In this document: in pieces, positions 28,626-37,335 of the stretch | Layout: every line of letters begins with the position of its first letter | Numbering within the stretch: the stretch's first letter is position 1 | NCBI GenBank assembly: GCA_040218735.1 | Contig: JAVJQW010000050.1 | Location: 320,001-384,000 of the forward strand | Length of the DNA: 64,000 nucleotides | Direction: 5' to 3' | Source of the DNA: Deltaproteobacteria bacterium | Lineage (GTDB): Bacteria > Myxococcota > Kuafuiibacteriia > Kuafuiibacteriales > Kuafuiibacteriaceae | Made by a program: the position numbers and the translations under genes | Notes under the pieces: model-generated | Told to the model about the DNA's origin: nothing | Database searches by the model: none | The model's input: only the letters and a program-made list of their open reading frames with translations

Positions 28626-29545
28626 GACTCGCGGACCTCCACGTATCGCGACGCGTGGTCGGGCAGGACCGCCACCACGACCGGCTTCTTGCCGGCGGCG
28701 AGCGCCTCCTCGGCGATCGTCTTCGCGGCGTGAACCACGGCGCCCGCCGAGTGCCCGACGAGCAGGCCTTCGTCGCGGACGAGCGCCTCGGCGCTGTCCC
28801 AGCCCGCGTCCGTCGGGCAGAAGAAGGTCCGCGTCAGCACGGAGCGATCGTAGATCCCCGGGCGGATCGATGTCTCGATGTACTTGAGGCCTTCGAGCCC
28901 GTGGAACTCGTCGTCCGGCTCCACGCCGATGACCTCGATGTCGTCCCGAAAGGCGCGAAGCCGACGCCCCGTGCCCATGACGGTGCCGCTCGTCCCGATG
29001 CCCGCGACGAAGTGCGTGATGCGATCGCCGAGGGCCTCGATGATCTCCTCCGCCGTCCCGTCGTGGTGCGCACGCCAGTTCGCCTCGTTGTTGTACTGGT
29101 TCGTGTAGAAGTAGCGCCCGGGCTGCTCCTCCACGATCTTGCGCACGAGCTCGATCGCGCCGTCGGAGCCGTCCATCGGATCGCTGTAGATGATCTTCGC
29201 GCCGAACGTGCTCAGCATGCTCTTGCGCGCCGACGACACGTTCTCGGGCATCACCAGCGTGACTTCGTACCCGCGCGCCGCACCGTACAGCGCGAGCGCC
29301 ACGCCCGTGTTGCCGCTCGTGGAGTCGATGATCGACATCCCGGGCCGCAGCTCACCGGACTTCTCTGCGGCCTGGATCAGGTTCAACGCCGGGCGGTCCT
29401 TCACGCTGCCGCCCGGGTTCAAGAACTCGAGCTTCGCCCAAACCTCGGCGCCTTCGGGCTCGACCGAACGGAGCCGGGCCATCGGCGTACGACCGACGGC
29501 CTCGGCGATCGACCCGACGGTCCGGGCCCGCGATGGTGCGCTCAC
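28622..29545 (-). CDS. cysM: PLP-dependent cysteine synthase (CysM-type)
   Basis: KLEFLNPGGSVKDR (PLP Lys), STSGNTG, NQYNN, GIGTSGT and EGLK motifs; sits between the sulfur carrier and the JAB gene. Confidence 0.9.
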   Translation of the reverse strand: MSAPSRARTVGSIAEAVGRTPMARLRSVEPEGAEVWAKLEFLNPGGSVKDRPALNLIQAAEKSGELRPGMSIIDSTSGNTGVALALYGAARGYEVTLVMPENVSSARKSMLSTFGAKIIYSDPMDGSDGAIELVRKIVEEQPGRYFYTNQYNNEANWRAHHDGTAEEIIEALGDRITHFVAGIGTSGTVMGTGRRLRAFRDDIEVIGVEPDDEFHGLEGLKYIETSIRPGIYDRSVLTRTFFCPTDAGWDSAEALVRDEGLLVGHSAGAVVHAAKTIAEEALAAGKKPVVVAVLPDHASRYVEVRES

Positions 29546-29820
29546 CTGCCGCCCGCGATCGCCGGAACGATGCTGACCTCCGTGCCGTCCTCGACCTTGG
29601 TGTCGACGTTGTCGAGGAACCGGATGTCCTCGTCCTTGTAGTAGACGTTCACGAAGCGCTTGGGCGCGCCGTTCTCGTCGCAGATGCGCTCGCCGATGCC
29701 GGGGTGCGCCGCGGTCAGGCTCGCGAGGACGGCCTTGATCGTCTCGCCCTGCACTTCGACCTTGTCATGCCCCTCCGTGAACTTCCTGAGGGGCGTCGGA
29801 ATTCGAACCGTGATTGCCAT
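29542..29820 (-). CDS. Ubiquitin-like MoaD/ThiS/CysO sulfur carrier with GG-R C-terminus
   Basis: MAITVRIPTPLRKFT...RFVNVY..DEDIRFL...VSIVPAIAGGR*. ATG 29820. Confidence 0.93.
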   Translation of the reverse strand: MAITVRIPTPLRKFTEGHDKVEVQGETIKAVLASLTAAHPGIGERICDENGAPKRFVNVYYKDEDIRFLDNVDTKVEDGTEVSIVPAIAGGR

Positions 29821-30661
29821 GATGTTCTCGAGAACCTCCAAATTTTCGATCGACTGAGAAGTAGCGGTCTCCCGCGTCCACGACGATGCTGATGACGCGT
29901 GCGCCCTCGCTCGCCTCGTCCCGCGCTACACGTGCTGCAGCAGCGGAACCCATCCCGACCAGGATCCCTTCCTTGCGCGCGAGCTCGATGCGCGTTTCGT
30001 AGGCCTCGGGATCGAGCACACACACCACGCGGGTCGCGCCCTTGGGCGCCGACGACCCGCGCACCACGCCGTCCTGCACCGAGACCTCCGCCTGCTCGCA
30101 CCGCACCGTTCCGACGGTCTCCACCGGCCGGCCCGCGGCGACGAACGCGTCCGCGACACCGAACAGCAGCTCACCACCGTTGAGCGGCGAGACGAGCACG
30201 GTCTTTTCGCCGTCGTCGTCGATCATCTCGACGAGCTCCGCACCGAGCGAGGATGAAAACGCCGCGCGCGCGAGCTCGGGCTTCTTCGGCGACACCAGGA
30301 GCGTCCCTTCGATCGTCGACGCGACCGCGTGGGTCTTCTCCAGCTCACCGGGCACCCGCACGACCTCGACCGCGTACCGCCCGAGCAGATCCAGGTGCTC
30401 CGGCAACGTCTTGTCCGGGACCACGACCGTGAGCTTCTTCTTCAACGGCGCAGCCGCCGCCGCAAACGCGAGCGCAGGACTCCCGCTCGCCGCGATGACG
30501 ACACGATCGTCGTCGCACGCGGCCAAAAGCGGACCGGCGATCCGATCGTACGCGCTACCGGACGGGAGCATCATCTCGACCTTCGCGTACAGTGCTGTTC
30601 CCGGCGCGAAACGTTGAAGACGCACGAGCGGCGTCCCGAAGCTGGTCGAGATGAATGACAC
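29765..30661 (-). CDS. Cysteine-synthase-like protein lacking the PLP lysine (pseudoenzyme)
   Basis: GTPLVRL...YAKVEMMLPSGSAYDR...LARKEGILVG...DAGDRYFS fits the CysK fold, with Tyr at the Lys position. Confidence 0.85.
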   Translation of the reverse strand: MSFISTSFGTPLVRLQRFAPGTALYAKVEMMLPSGSAYDRIAGPLLAACDDDRVVIAASGSPALAFAAAAAPLKKKLTVVVPDKTLPEHLDLLGRYAVEVVRVPGELEKTHAVASTIEGTLLVSPKKPELARAAFSSSLGAELVEMIDDDGEKTVLVSPLNGGELLFGVADAFVAAGRPVETVGTVRCEQAEVSVQDGVVRGSSAPKGATRVVCVLDPEAYETRIELARKEGILVGMGSAAAARVARDEASEGARVISIVVDAGDRYFSVDRKFGGSREHHGNHGSNSDAPQEVHGGA

Positions 30662-30696
30662 TTCGTGTCAAATGAACGGACGAACGGCGGGTTTCG

Positions 30697-33600
30697 TCAA
30701 CCGTCGGAGAGGCCCGCGAGCCTCCGGAGCCGCTCGGTCTTCTCGGAGAGCTCCCGCGACACCCGCTCGAGCTGCCGCTCCCGGTCGTCGATCGTGGTCT
30801 CCAGCTCGGTGATCCTCCGCTCCGCCTGGACCTGCGCCTGCTCCGAGGCCTGAAGCTGCGCCCGCAGCCGGTGCGACTCGGATTCCATCGCCGTAGCCTC
30901 CGCCGTCAGCCGCGCAAGCTGCTGGTCGCGGGCCTCGACGTCCGTCCGCAGCCGGTCCACGTCACCCCGCTGCTCCAGCTTCCCGCGCAGGATGTCGCTG
31001 TCCGAGCGCGCCTGCGTGAGCTGCCGCCGCACGAACTCCAGGCCCTCGCGGCCCTGGCGGATCTCCGAGAGCTTCCGCCCGACCTCCGCGCGCGCCTCGT
31101 CCAGCTCACGCGCCGTCCGCTCCGCGAGCGCCTTGAGGCGTTTGACCTCGCCGTCGCGGTCCGCGAGGGCGCGCTCCAGGTTCTGGACCCGACCACGCAA
31201 CGCGTCCGAATTCGACGACGCCCCGGCCTCCAGCTCCACGATGCGCTCACGCGCCGCGGTGAGCGCGGTCTCCAAGTTCGACCGCGACGTGCTGCCGAGC
31301 TCCTGCTCGAGCTGCGAGAGCCGCGCCTCCACCTTGCCCTTCGCCGCCTCGACCTGCTGCCGCTGGTCCTCGACCGTGCGCAGGCGCCCCTCGACCTCTT
31401 CGAGCTTGGCCTGCCAACGCGTCTCCTTCTGCTGCACTTCGAGCTCGAGGTGACGCCGCTGGCGCTCGGCGTGCTCCGCGCGGCCCTCCGCTTCGAGGGA
31501 TCGCTGCTCGAGCGTCTTGCGCTTCTCCTCCAGCCGCTGCGCCCGCGCCTCGGACTCCTTCGAAAACGCCTCCGCGTGCCGCGCGCGATCCGCACTGCGC
31601 TCCGACTCCGCGCGCATCCGCTCGACGTCTGCCTCGGCCTTCGACAGCTTCGACTCCGCGTTGGACCGACGCTCCTCCAGCTGCGCGATCGTGAGCTTCG
31701 TTTCGTCGAGCTCCTTCGCGACGCGCGTCGCTTCCGCCTCGGCGCGCTCTGCGCGTATCCGCTGCTCCTCGGCCAACGCCGGGTTCGAGCCCGCGAGCGC
31801 GCGGTTCGCCTCCGCGAGGCGCGACTCCGTCTCTTCGCGCGCCTGCTGCTCGGCCTGCGCGGCGTCCCAGCCTTCCTTCGCACGCGCCGACTGCTCCGCG
31901 ACCTGATCGCGCAGCGCCGTGATCTCCGACTTCAGCCCGTCGCGTTCGCCGGCCGTCTGCGCGAGCCGCGCGACGCGTTCCTGCCCCGCCTTCCGCTCGG
32001 CGGCGAGGTCGTCGGTGAGCCCCTGAATCTTGGCGTGCAAGGCGTCTTGCTCTTCCTTCGACGCCTCCACCAGAGCACGCAGCGTGTCGCGCTCACCGGT
32101 GGTCTCCGCGAACCGCGAGGCCTCGACCTCCTGCACGCTCACGAGATCCTCGATGCGCGCCTCCATCACGGTGCGCGCCGCCTCCGCGTTCGCGACGTCC
32201 GCACGCAGCCCCTCCAGCTCCATCTGCTGGTGTTCGAGGAGCTGCTGCGCGCCCTTCGCCTCGTCGAGCGCCTCACTGACCTTCGACAGCTCCGCCTGCA
32301 GGCGATCGCGCTCCGCGCTCGCGGCGTCGAGTCGCGACACCGCCGCCGACAGCTCGCGGTCCGCGTCCTCGGCGAGGCGCTTGGCCTCGTCGGCGTCGGC
32401 GGTCGCGGTCATCAGCGCCTCGTCCTTCGACGCGAGCTCCGCCTCCAACCGCTCTCGGTTGTTCTGCTCCGACGCGAGCGCCGCCTGCACCGAAGTCTTC
32501 GTCTCCTCGAGGTTCCGCTCCTCGGTCTGGAGCCGCTGCACCTCGGCGCGCAACGCCGCGACCTCGGAGTCGAGCCGCGAACGCTCCTGCGCCGCGATCG
32601 ATCGCTCCGCTCGCGCTTCGTCGCGCGCCTCGATCGCCTCGGACAGCTCCGCCTCGATCTTCGTGCGCTCGTCCGTGAGGCTGTGGATCCGCGCTTCGAG
32701 CGCCGCCCGCTCCTCCTGCGCCGCGACGCGCTCATCGGAGAGCACCTGCACGCGCTCCTCCAGCGGACGCAGCTGCGACTCGATCGTCCCGAGCTCCCGC
32801 AGGCGCTCCTCCAGCGCGCGCACTTCCCCTTCGAGCTGTTCGACGCGCTCCGAAGACTTGTCGCGCTGAGCCTCCAGCTCGCGGATGTGCGCGTCACGAT
32901 CTTCGAGGCGACGCGTCAGCAGCTCGTCCGCCGCCTTGCGCGACGCTTCGACCTGCCCGATTCGCTCCTCGAGCGCCGTGACCCGCTCCTGGGCCTCGTC
33001 CGCTTCCGCGCGCGCCGCCTCCAGCGTTTGCTCCGCCTCGTCCGCCCGGCGCCGCTCCGCGGTGAACCGCTCCTCGCCCTCGTGCTTCGCGGCGTCGCGC
33101 TCGGCTTCGACCGCGGCGATACGCTCGTCCTGCGACTCGATCCGGCGACGGGCCTCTTCGGCCTCGGCGCGCGCGGTGGCCAACGCTTCCGCGGCTTCGT
33201 CGCGCTCCGACCGCGCCGACGCGAGCTCGGCGTCCAACCCAGTCCGCGCCTCGGCGACCTCGTCGCGCTCCGACTGCGCGGAGGCGAGGGCCTCTTCGAG
33301 CTGACCGCGACTCGCCACGAGCTCGTCGCGCTCCAGGCGCACCGCCGCGAGCTCCACCTCGAGCTGGCCGCGCGTCTCGTTCGCCGCCGAAAGATCGGCG
33401 TCGAGCGCCTCGGCCTTCGACTTCAGCGCGGTGTGCTCCGCCTCGACCGACTGCTGCTCTTCGGCCAAGGCCTGCAGGAGCCCCTCCAGCGTGGAGCGCT
33501 CCGCGATCGCATCGGCGCGCGCACGTCCGAGCGATTCGATCTGCTCTGCGAGCGCCGTCTTGGCGTCCTCGTTCTCCGCCTCCCGCTGCGCCGCGTCGGC

Positions 33601-36600
33601 CTCGCGCTTCGACAGCTCAGCGCGCAAGCGCTCCACCTCGTCGAAGTGGGCACCCGCCGCCGCCTCCAGCCGCGCGATGTGGGCGGTGAGCCGCTGTCGC
33701 TCCTCCTCCGCCGCGTCGGCCTGACGCGGATCCGTCGTGTTCTGCGCGACGACGAGCGCGGAGGCCAGCGCCTCGATCTCGTCTTCCGCGTCCACACGCA
33801 TCCGCTCGGCGCGCGCGTGGGTGTCCTGCAGCTGAATGCGCGTGAGCGCCAGCGCGTCCTCCAGCGCCTCGACCCGCAGCGACGCCTCGAGCCGCGCCTG
33901 GTGCGCGACGAGGCGCGAACGCCCCTGCACGTCGCGCAGCTCGGCGCGGAGCGCTTCGGCCTCTTCGATCGCACGCCGACGCAGACCATCGATGCGCCGC
34001 AACTCGACTTGCATCGCGAGCCGCTCCCGATCGTCGGTCTCGGCGTAACGCGCTGCGAGGGCCTCGGCGCGCACCGCCTCGAGCTGACTCCGGAGCCGCT
34101 GCGCGGCCTCCTCGGCCTCCATGCGCAGCTGGCGCTCCTCGAACGCCCGCGCCACGTGCGGGCCCGGCCCGATCGCGAGCGCGGACTCCAGCTGCTCGAC
34201 GCGCTGATGCGCCTCGAACCGGTCCGCCTTGAGGCGCTCGATCGTGCGCGCGTCCGACTCGACCCGCGAGCGCAGGATGTCGACCTCGTCGTCGTCCGCG
34301 AGCGCCGGCTGCGGGAGCATCGACGGCGGCGTCTCCGGAGGGATCTTCGCCTGCGCCTCGCGCAGCGCACCCTCCAACGTGAGGACGTCGTTCTCGCGAG
34401 CTTCGAGCTCGCGCAGCAATGCGGTCTGCTCGAACTCCAGGCGGTTCACACGATCGGCGAGTGTCTTCGCCTCCATCACCGCGTGGACCCGCGCCGCTTC
34501 GATGCTCTTCTCGCTCCGCGACGCGTCCTGACGCTGGCGCTCCAGCGTGCCCTTCTCACCCTCGAGCTGTTCGGCGCGCGCGTTCGACTCCGCGAGCGCC
34601 TTCTCGAGATCCGTGAGGCGCATCGACAGCTTCGCCGCCTCTTCGAGCGTACGCCCGAGCGCGGTCTCGGCGGTCTCCCGCGCGGCGACCGCCTCGCGCA
34701 GCGCCTCCGGATCCGCCTGCGGCGTGGTCTGCTCCAGCACGCGCTGCCGACGCAGCGACGCCAGCTCCGTGCGGTACAACGTCCGCTCCGCTTCGGCGCG
34801 CGTGAGCGACCAGACCGCCTCCGCGGCCTCCCCCTCCGCGCGCACCTTCTCGGCGAGCGCGGTGCCCATCTGGTCGAGGTGATCCTTCGCGTCGCGCTCC
34901 AGCGCCTCGTTGCGCTCGCGCCACATCCGCGCCTCGCGGACGCCCTCGCTGGCGGCCATCGTCGCCTCGCGGAGCAGCTCCTCCAGCTCGTCCTTCGCCC
35001 GCACCGCGCGGTCGCGCTCGGCGGCCGTCTGATCCAGGCGCCGCTCCAGCGCGGCGAGTTTGTCGTCGAGCGCCTGCGCGCGCGACGTCTCGGCCGAGCC
35101 CGACGACTCCGCCCGCGACATCCGCGAACGCAACGCCTCGAGCTCACCCTTCAGCTTCTTGTTCTCCTCCACCGCGTGGAGGTGACGGTTGTTCGCGGCC
35201 TCCGCGGCGTCGCGTGCGTCCTCGACCTCGCGCTCCAGTCGATCGAGCGCGGCCTGCCCGCCCTCCAGCGACAACGCGAGCTGCTGCGCGCGCTCCTCGG
35301 AAGCGATCGCCCGTTGCGCCATCCCGGCCGCGGCGTCGCGCTCGTCGAGGAGCATCTGCGAGGTCGCCGCGAGCGCGTCGCGCTCGTTGCGCAGCGCCTT
35401 CACCCGCCCGCGGAGCTGCTCGACCTCCTGCATCAGGTGCCCCGCGGCGAGCTCCACCGCCTTCTTGTCGCGGTCGCGCATCCGCGCGTCGCCGCTCGCG
35501 ACCTGCATCTGCGCGGCCTGGTCGAGGAGCTCACGTTCGAGGGCTTCGATCCGGCCCGCGCGCTGGTGGGCCTCGTGGCGGAGCCGGTTCACCTCATCGG
35601 CGAGCCCGCGCGTGACCTGCGCGCTCTGTTCGTACGCACGCTCGGCCTGCTCCGCGCGCTCCTCGGCGGCGGCGCGCCGCGCGGCGACGTGCTCCTCTTC
35701 GTTCTCGATCTCCGAGAGCTTCTGCTCCGCGCGCTCGCGGCGGTGGTCGGAGTCGGAGAGCGCCTCCGCGAGGAAGGCGATGCGCCCTTCGAGCCGGTCC
35801 TGCTCGGCGGCGTGCGCCATCGTCACGTCGTCGAGGCGGCGCGTGAGGTATTCGATCCGCGACGCGGCGTCGCGGTAGTCGGTGCCCAGCGCGTGGCGAA
35901 CCTCGAGCTGACCCGACAGCTCCTGCTCGAGCTCCGCGATGCGCTGCTCCTGCAGGCTCGCGGTGCGCTCCAGGTGGTGGATGCGGCGCTCCGCCTCCGA
36001 AAGATCCTCCGAAGGCTGCGGGATCTCGCTCGACTGATCGACGATCGTCCGCTGCAGCTCGCTGATCCGCGTCGCGTAGCGATGGGCCTCTTCGACGTGG
36101 ACGTCGACCTTCGTGCGCAGGTCCTGGATGACCTCTTCGCGCTCGACCTCCGCGTCGCGGAACGCTTCGAGCTCCGCCTCCGCCTTCTCGCGCGCGGCCT
36201 TCTCGCGTTCGAGCGCGGCGTTGAGGCCGTCGACCCGAGTCCCCAGCTCCTGCCGCGCCGACTCGAGGCGTGACACCAGCGCCCGGGCGTTGTCCTCGGT
36301 GGGGCGCTCCAACACCGTCGGGGAGATGATCTCCTGCGGCGCCGGGAGCGACGATTGCGCGCGCGCCTCGGCGAGCCGCGCGTGGAACGCCTCGCGGATG
36401 CGCGGGAGGCGGTTCTTGATCTCTTCGAGCGAAGCGTCGCGCTGACCGATCAGCTTGCGCGCGCTCGCGAGCGCGCCGAGCAAGCGCTTGGTGTCGGCCG
36501 CGGACTTCGCCTGCGCGGCCTCCTGCAGCGCCTCGAAGTCGAGGAACGGCAGCTCGACGAGGGTGCGATCCTGAGGCTCCGGCGCCCCCGCGCCGCCGAT

Positions 36601-37275
36601 CGCGAGCACGTGGCTGGGGCGCGCGACGGGGCCCGAGAGCGACGGATCGAGGCTGACGTCGAGGCTCGCGGGGTCCTGGCCCTCGCGGTGGATCGTTACG
36701 CCGATGAACGGGGACTGCACGTAGAAGCGCGCGTCAGGGAACGTGTCCTTCACCGCGCTCTCGAGGCGATGCGGCTCCAGCTCCGGGTACTCACCTTCGT
36801 CGGCGGCGAGGTGGGTGAGCGAGCGGCCCGTCGCGGCGAACCCGACGAGCATGAAGCCGTCCGAGGACAATACGCGGCGCACCTCGTCGAGGAAGCGCGC
36901 GTTGGCGGCGAGCTCACGCGAGAGGTCGGCGACGAGGACGGCGTCGAAGCTGTCGTCCGGGAAGTCGACGCGGCCGCGATCCATCGAGAACAGCTCGACC
37001 GCGTGCGAGCCGAAGCGCGAGCGATCGAACGCCCCCGCGTCGGGCGCCGTACCGATCACACGTTGCGCGCCGGCGTCGAGGAGCCGGAGCAACGATCGGG
37101 GATCGTCGGTACCGACCTCGAGCACGCGGCGCCCTTCGAGCGCGGCTTCGACGAGGAGGTAACGCGGCAAAAACTCCCCGAGCCCGAGCGACGCACGGGC
37201 GCGTGGAGCGCGCTGCGCGCCCTGAATGATGGCGGTGAGGTCGGCCGGTTGGTCGCTATGCGAGCTGGTCGTCAC
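30697..37275 (-). CDS. Giant protein: N-terminal methyltransferase-like domain plus ~1900-aa coiled coil
   Basis: LEGRRVLEVG...DFPDDSFDAV...FLDEVRRVLSSDG (class I MTase-like), followed by continuous E/A/R/L heptad sequence. Confidence 0.9.
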   Translation of the reverse strand: MTTSSHSDQPADLTAIIQGAQRAPRARASLGLGEFLPRYLLVEAALEGRRVLEVGTDDPRSLLRLLDAGAQRVIGTAPDAGAFDRSRFGSHAVELFSMDRGRVDFPDDSFDAVLVADLSRELAANARFLDEVRRVLSSDGFMLVGFAATGRSLTHLAADEGEYPELEPHRLESAVKDTFPDARFYVQSPFIGVTIHREGQDPASLDVSLDPSLSGPVARPSHVLAIGGAGAPEPQDRTLVELPFLDFEALQEAAQAKSAADTKRLLGALASARKLIGQRDASLEEIKNRLPRIREAFHARLAEARAQSSLPAPQEIISPTVLERPTEDNARALVSRLESARQELGTRVDGLNAALEREKAAREKAEAELEAFRDAEVEREEVIQDLRTKVDVHVEEAHRYATRISELQRTIVDQSSEIPQPSEDLSEAERRIHHLERTASLQEQRIAELEQELSGQLEVRHALGTDYRDAASRIEYLTRRLDDVTMAHAAEQDRLEGRIAFLAEALSDSDHRRERAEQKLSEIENEEEHVAARRAAAEERAEQAERAYEQSAQVTRGLADEVNRLRHEAHQRAGRIEALERELLDQAAQMQVASGDARMRDRDKKAVELAAGHLMQEVEQLRGRVKALRNERDALAATSQMLLDERDAAAGMAQRAIASEERAQQLALSLEGGQAALDRLEREVEDARDAAEAANNRHLHAVEENKKLKGELEALRSRMSRAESSGSAETSRAQALDDKLAALERRLDQTAAERDRAVRAKDELEELLREATMAASEGVREARMWRERNEALERDAKDHLDQMGTALAEKVRAEGEAAEAVWSLTRAEAERTLYRTELASLRRQRVLEQTTPQADPEALREAVAARETAETALGRTLEEAAKLSMRLTDLEKALAESNARAEQLEGEKGTLERQRQDASRSEKSIEAARVHAVMEAKTLADRVNRLEFEQTALLRELEARENDVLTLEGALREAQAKIPPETPPSMLPQPALADDDEVDILRSRVESDARTIERLKADRFEAHQRVEQLESALAIGPGPHVARAFEERQLRMEAEEAAQRLRSQLEAVRAEALAARYAETDDRERLAMQVELRRIDGLRRRAIEEAEALRAELRDVQGRSRLVAHQARLEASLRVEALEDALALTRIQLQDTHARAERMRVDAEDEIEALASALVVAQNTTDPRQADAAEEERQRLTAHIARLEAAAGAHFDEVERLRAELSKREADAAQREAENEDAKTALAEQIESLGRARADAIAERSTLEGLLQALAEEQQSVEAEHTALKSKAEALDADLSAANETRGQLEVELAAVRLERDELVASRGQLEEALASAQSERDEVAEARTGLDAELASARSERDEAAEALATARAEAEEARRRIESQDERIAAVEAERDAAKHEGEERFTAERRRADEAEQTLEAARAEADEAQERVTALEERIGQVEASRKAADELLTRRLEDRDAHIRELEAQRDKSSERVEQLEGEVRALEERLRELGTIESQLRPLEERVQVLSDERVAAQEERAALEARIHSLTDERTKIEAELSEAIEARDEARAERSIAAQERSRLDSEVAALRAEVQRLQTEERNLEETKTSVQAALASEQNNRERLEAELASKDEALMTATADADEAKRLAEDADRELSAAVSRLDAASAERDRLQAELSKVSEALDEAKGAQQLLEHQQMELEGLRADVANAEAARTVMEARIEDLVSVQEVEASRFAETTGERDTLRALVEASKEEQDALHAKIQGLTDDLAAERKAGQERVARLAQTAGERDGLKSEITALRDQVAEQSARAKEGWDAAQAEQQAREETESRLAEANRALAGSNPALAEEQRIRAERAEAEATRVAKELDETKLTIAQLEERRSNAESKLSKAEADVERMRAESERSADRARHAEAFSKESEARAQRLEEKRKTLEQRSLEAEGRAEHAERQRRHLELEVQQKETRWQAKLEEVEGRLRTVEDQRQQVEAAKGKVEARLSQLEQELGSTSRSNLETALTAARERIVELEAGASSNSDALRGRVQNLERALADRDGEVKRLKALAERTARELDEARAEVGRKLSEIRQGREGLEFVRRQLTQARSDSDILRGKLEQRGDVDRLRTDVEARDQQLARLTAEATAMESESHRLRAQLQASEQAQVQAERRITELETTIDDRERQLERVSRELSEKTERLRRLAGLSDG

Positions 37276-37335
37276 GGCAGCGCCGTCCAGCTAACCAGCG
37301 ATCGGGGTTGGCGTCGAGAAACCGAGTGGCCTCGG

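Noticed and set aside
21455-28733. Long plus-strand ORFs of 1292 aa and 1141 aa
   Set aside because: Antisense to several well-supported minus-strand genes; no recognisable domains.
30871-36273. 1800-aa plus-strand ORF
   Set aside because: Antisense shadow of the coiled-coil gene; L/R-rich with no motifs, as expected from high-GC codon bias.
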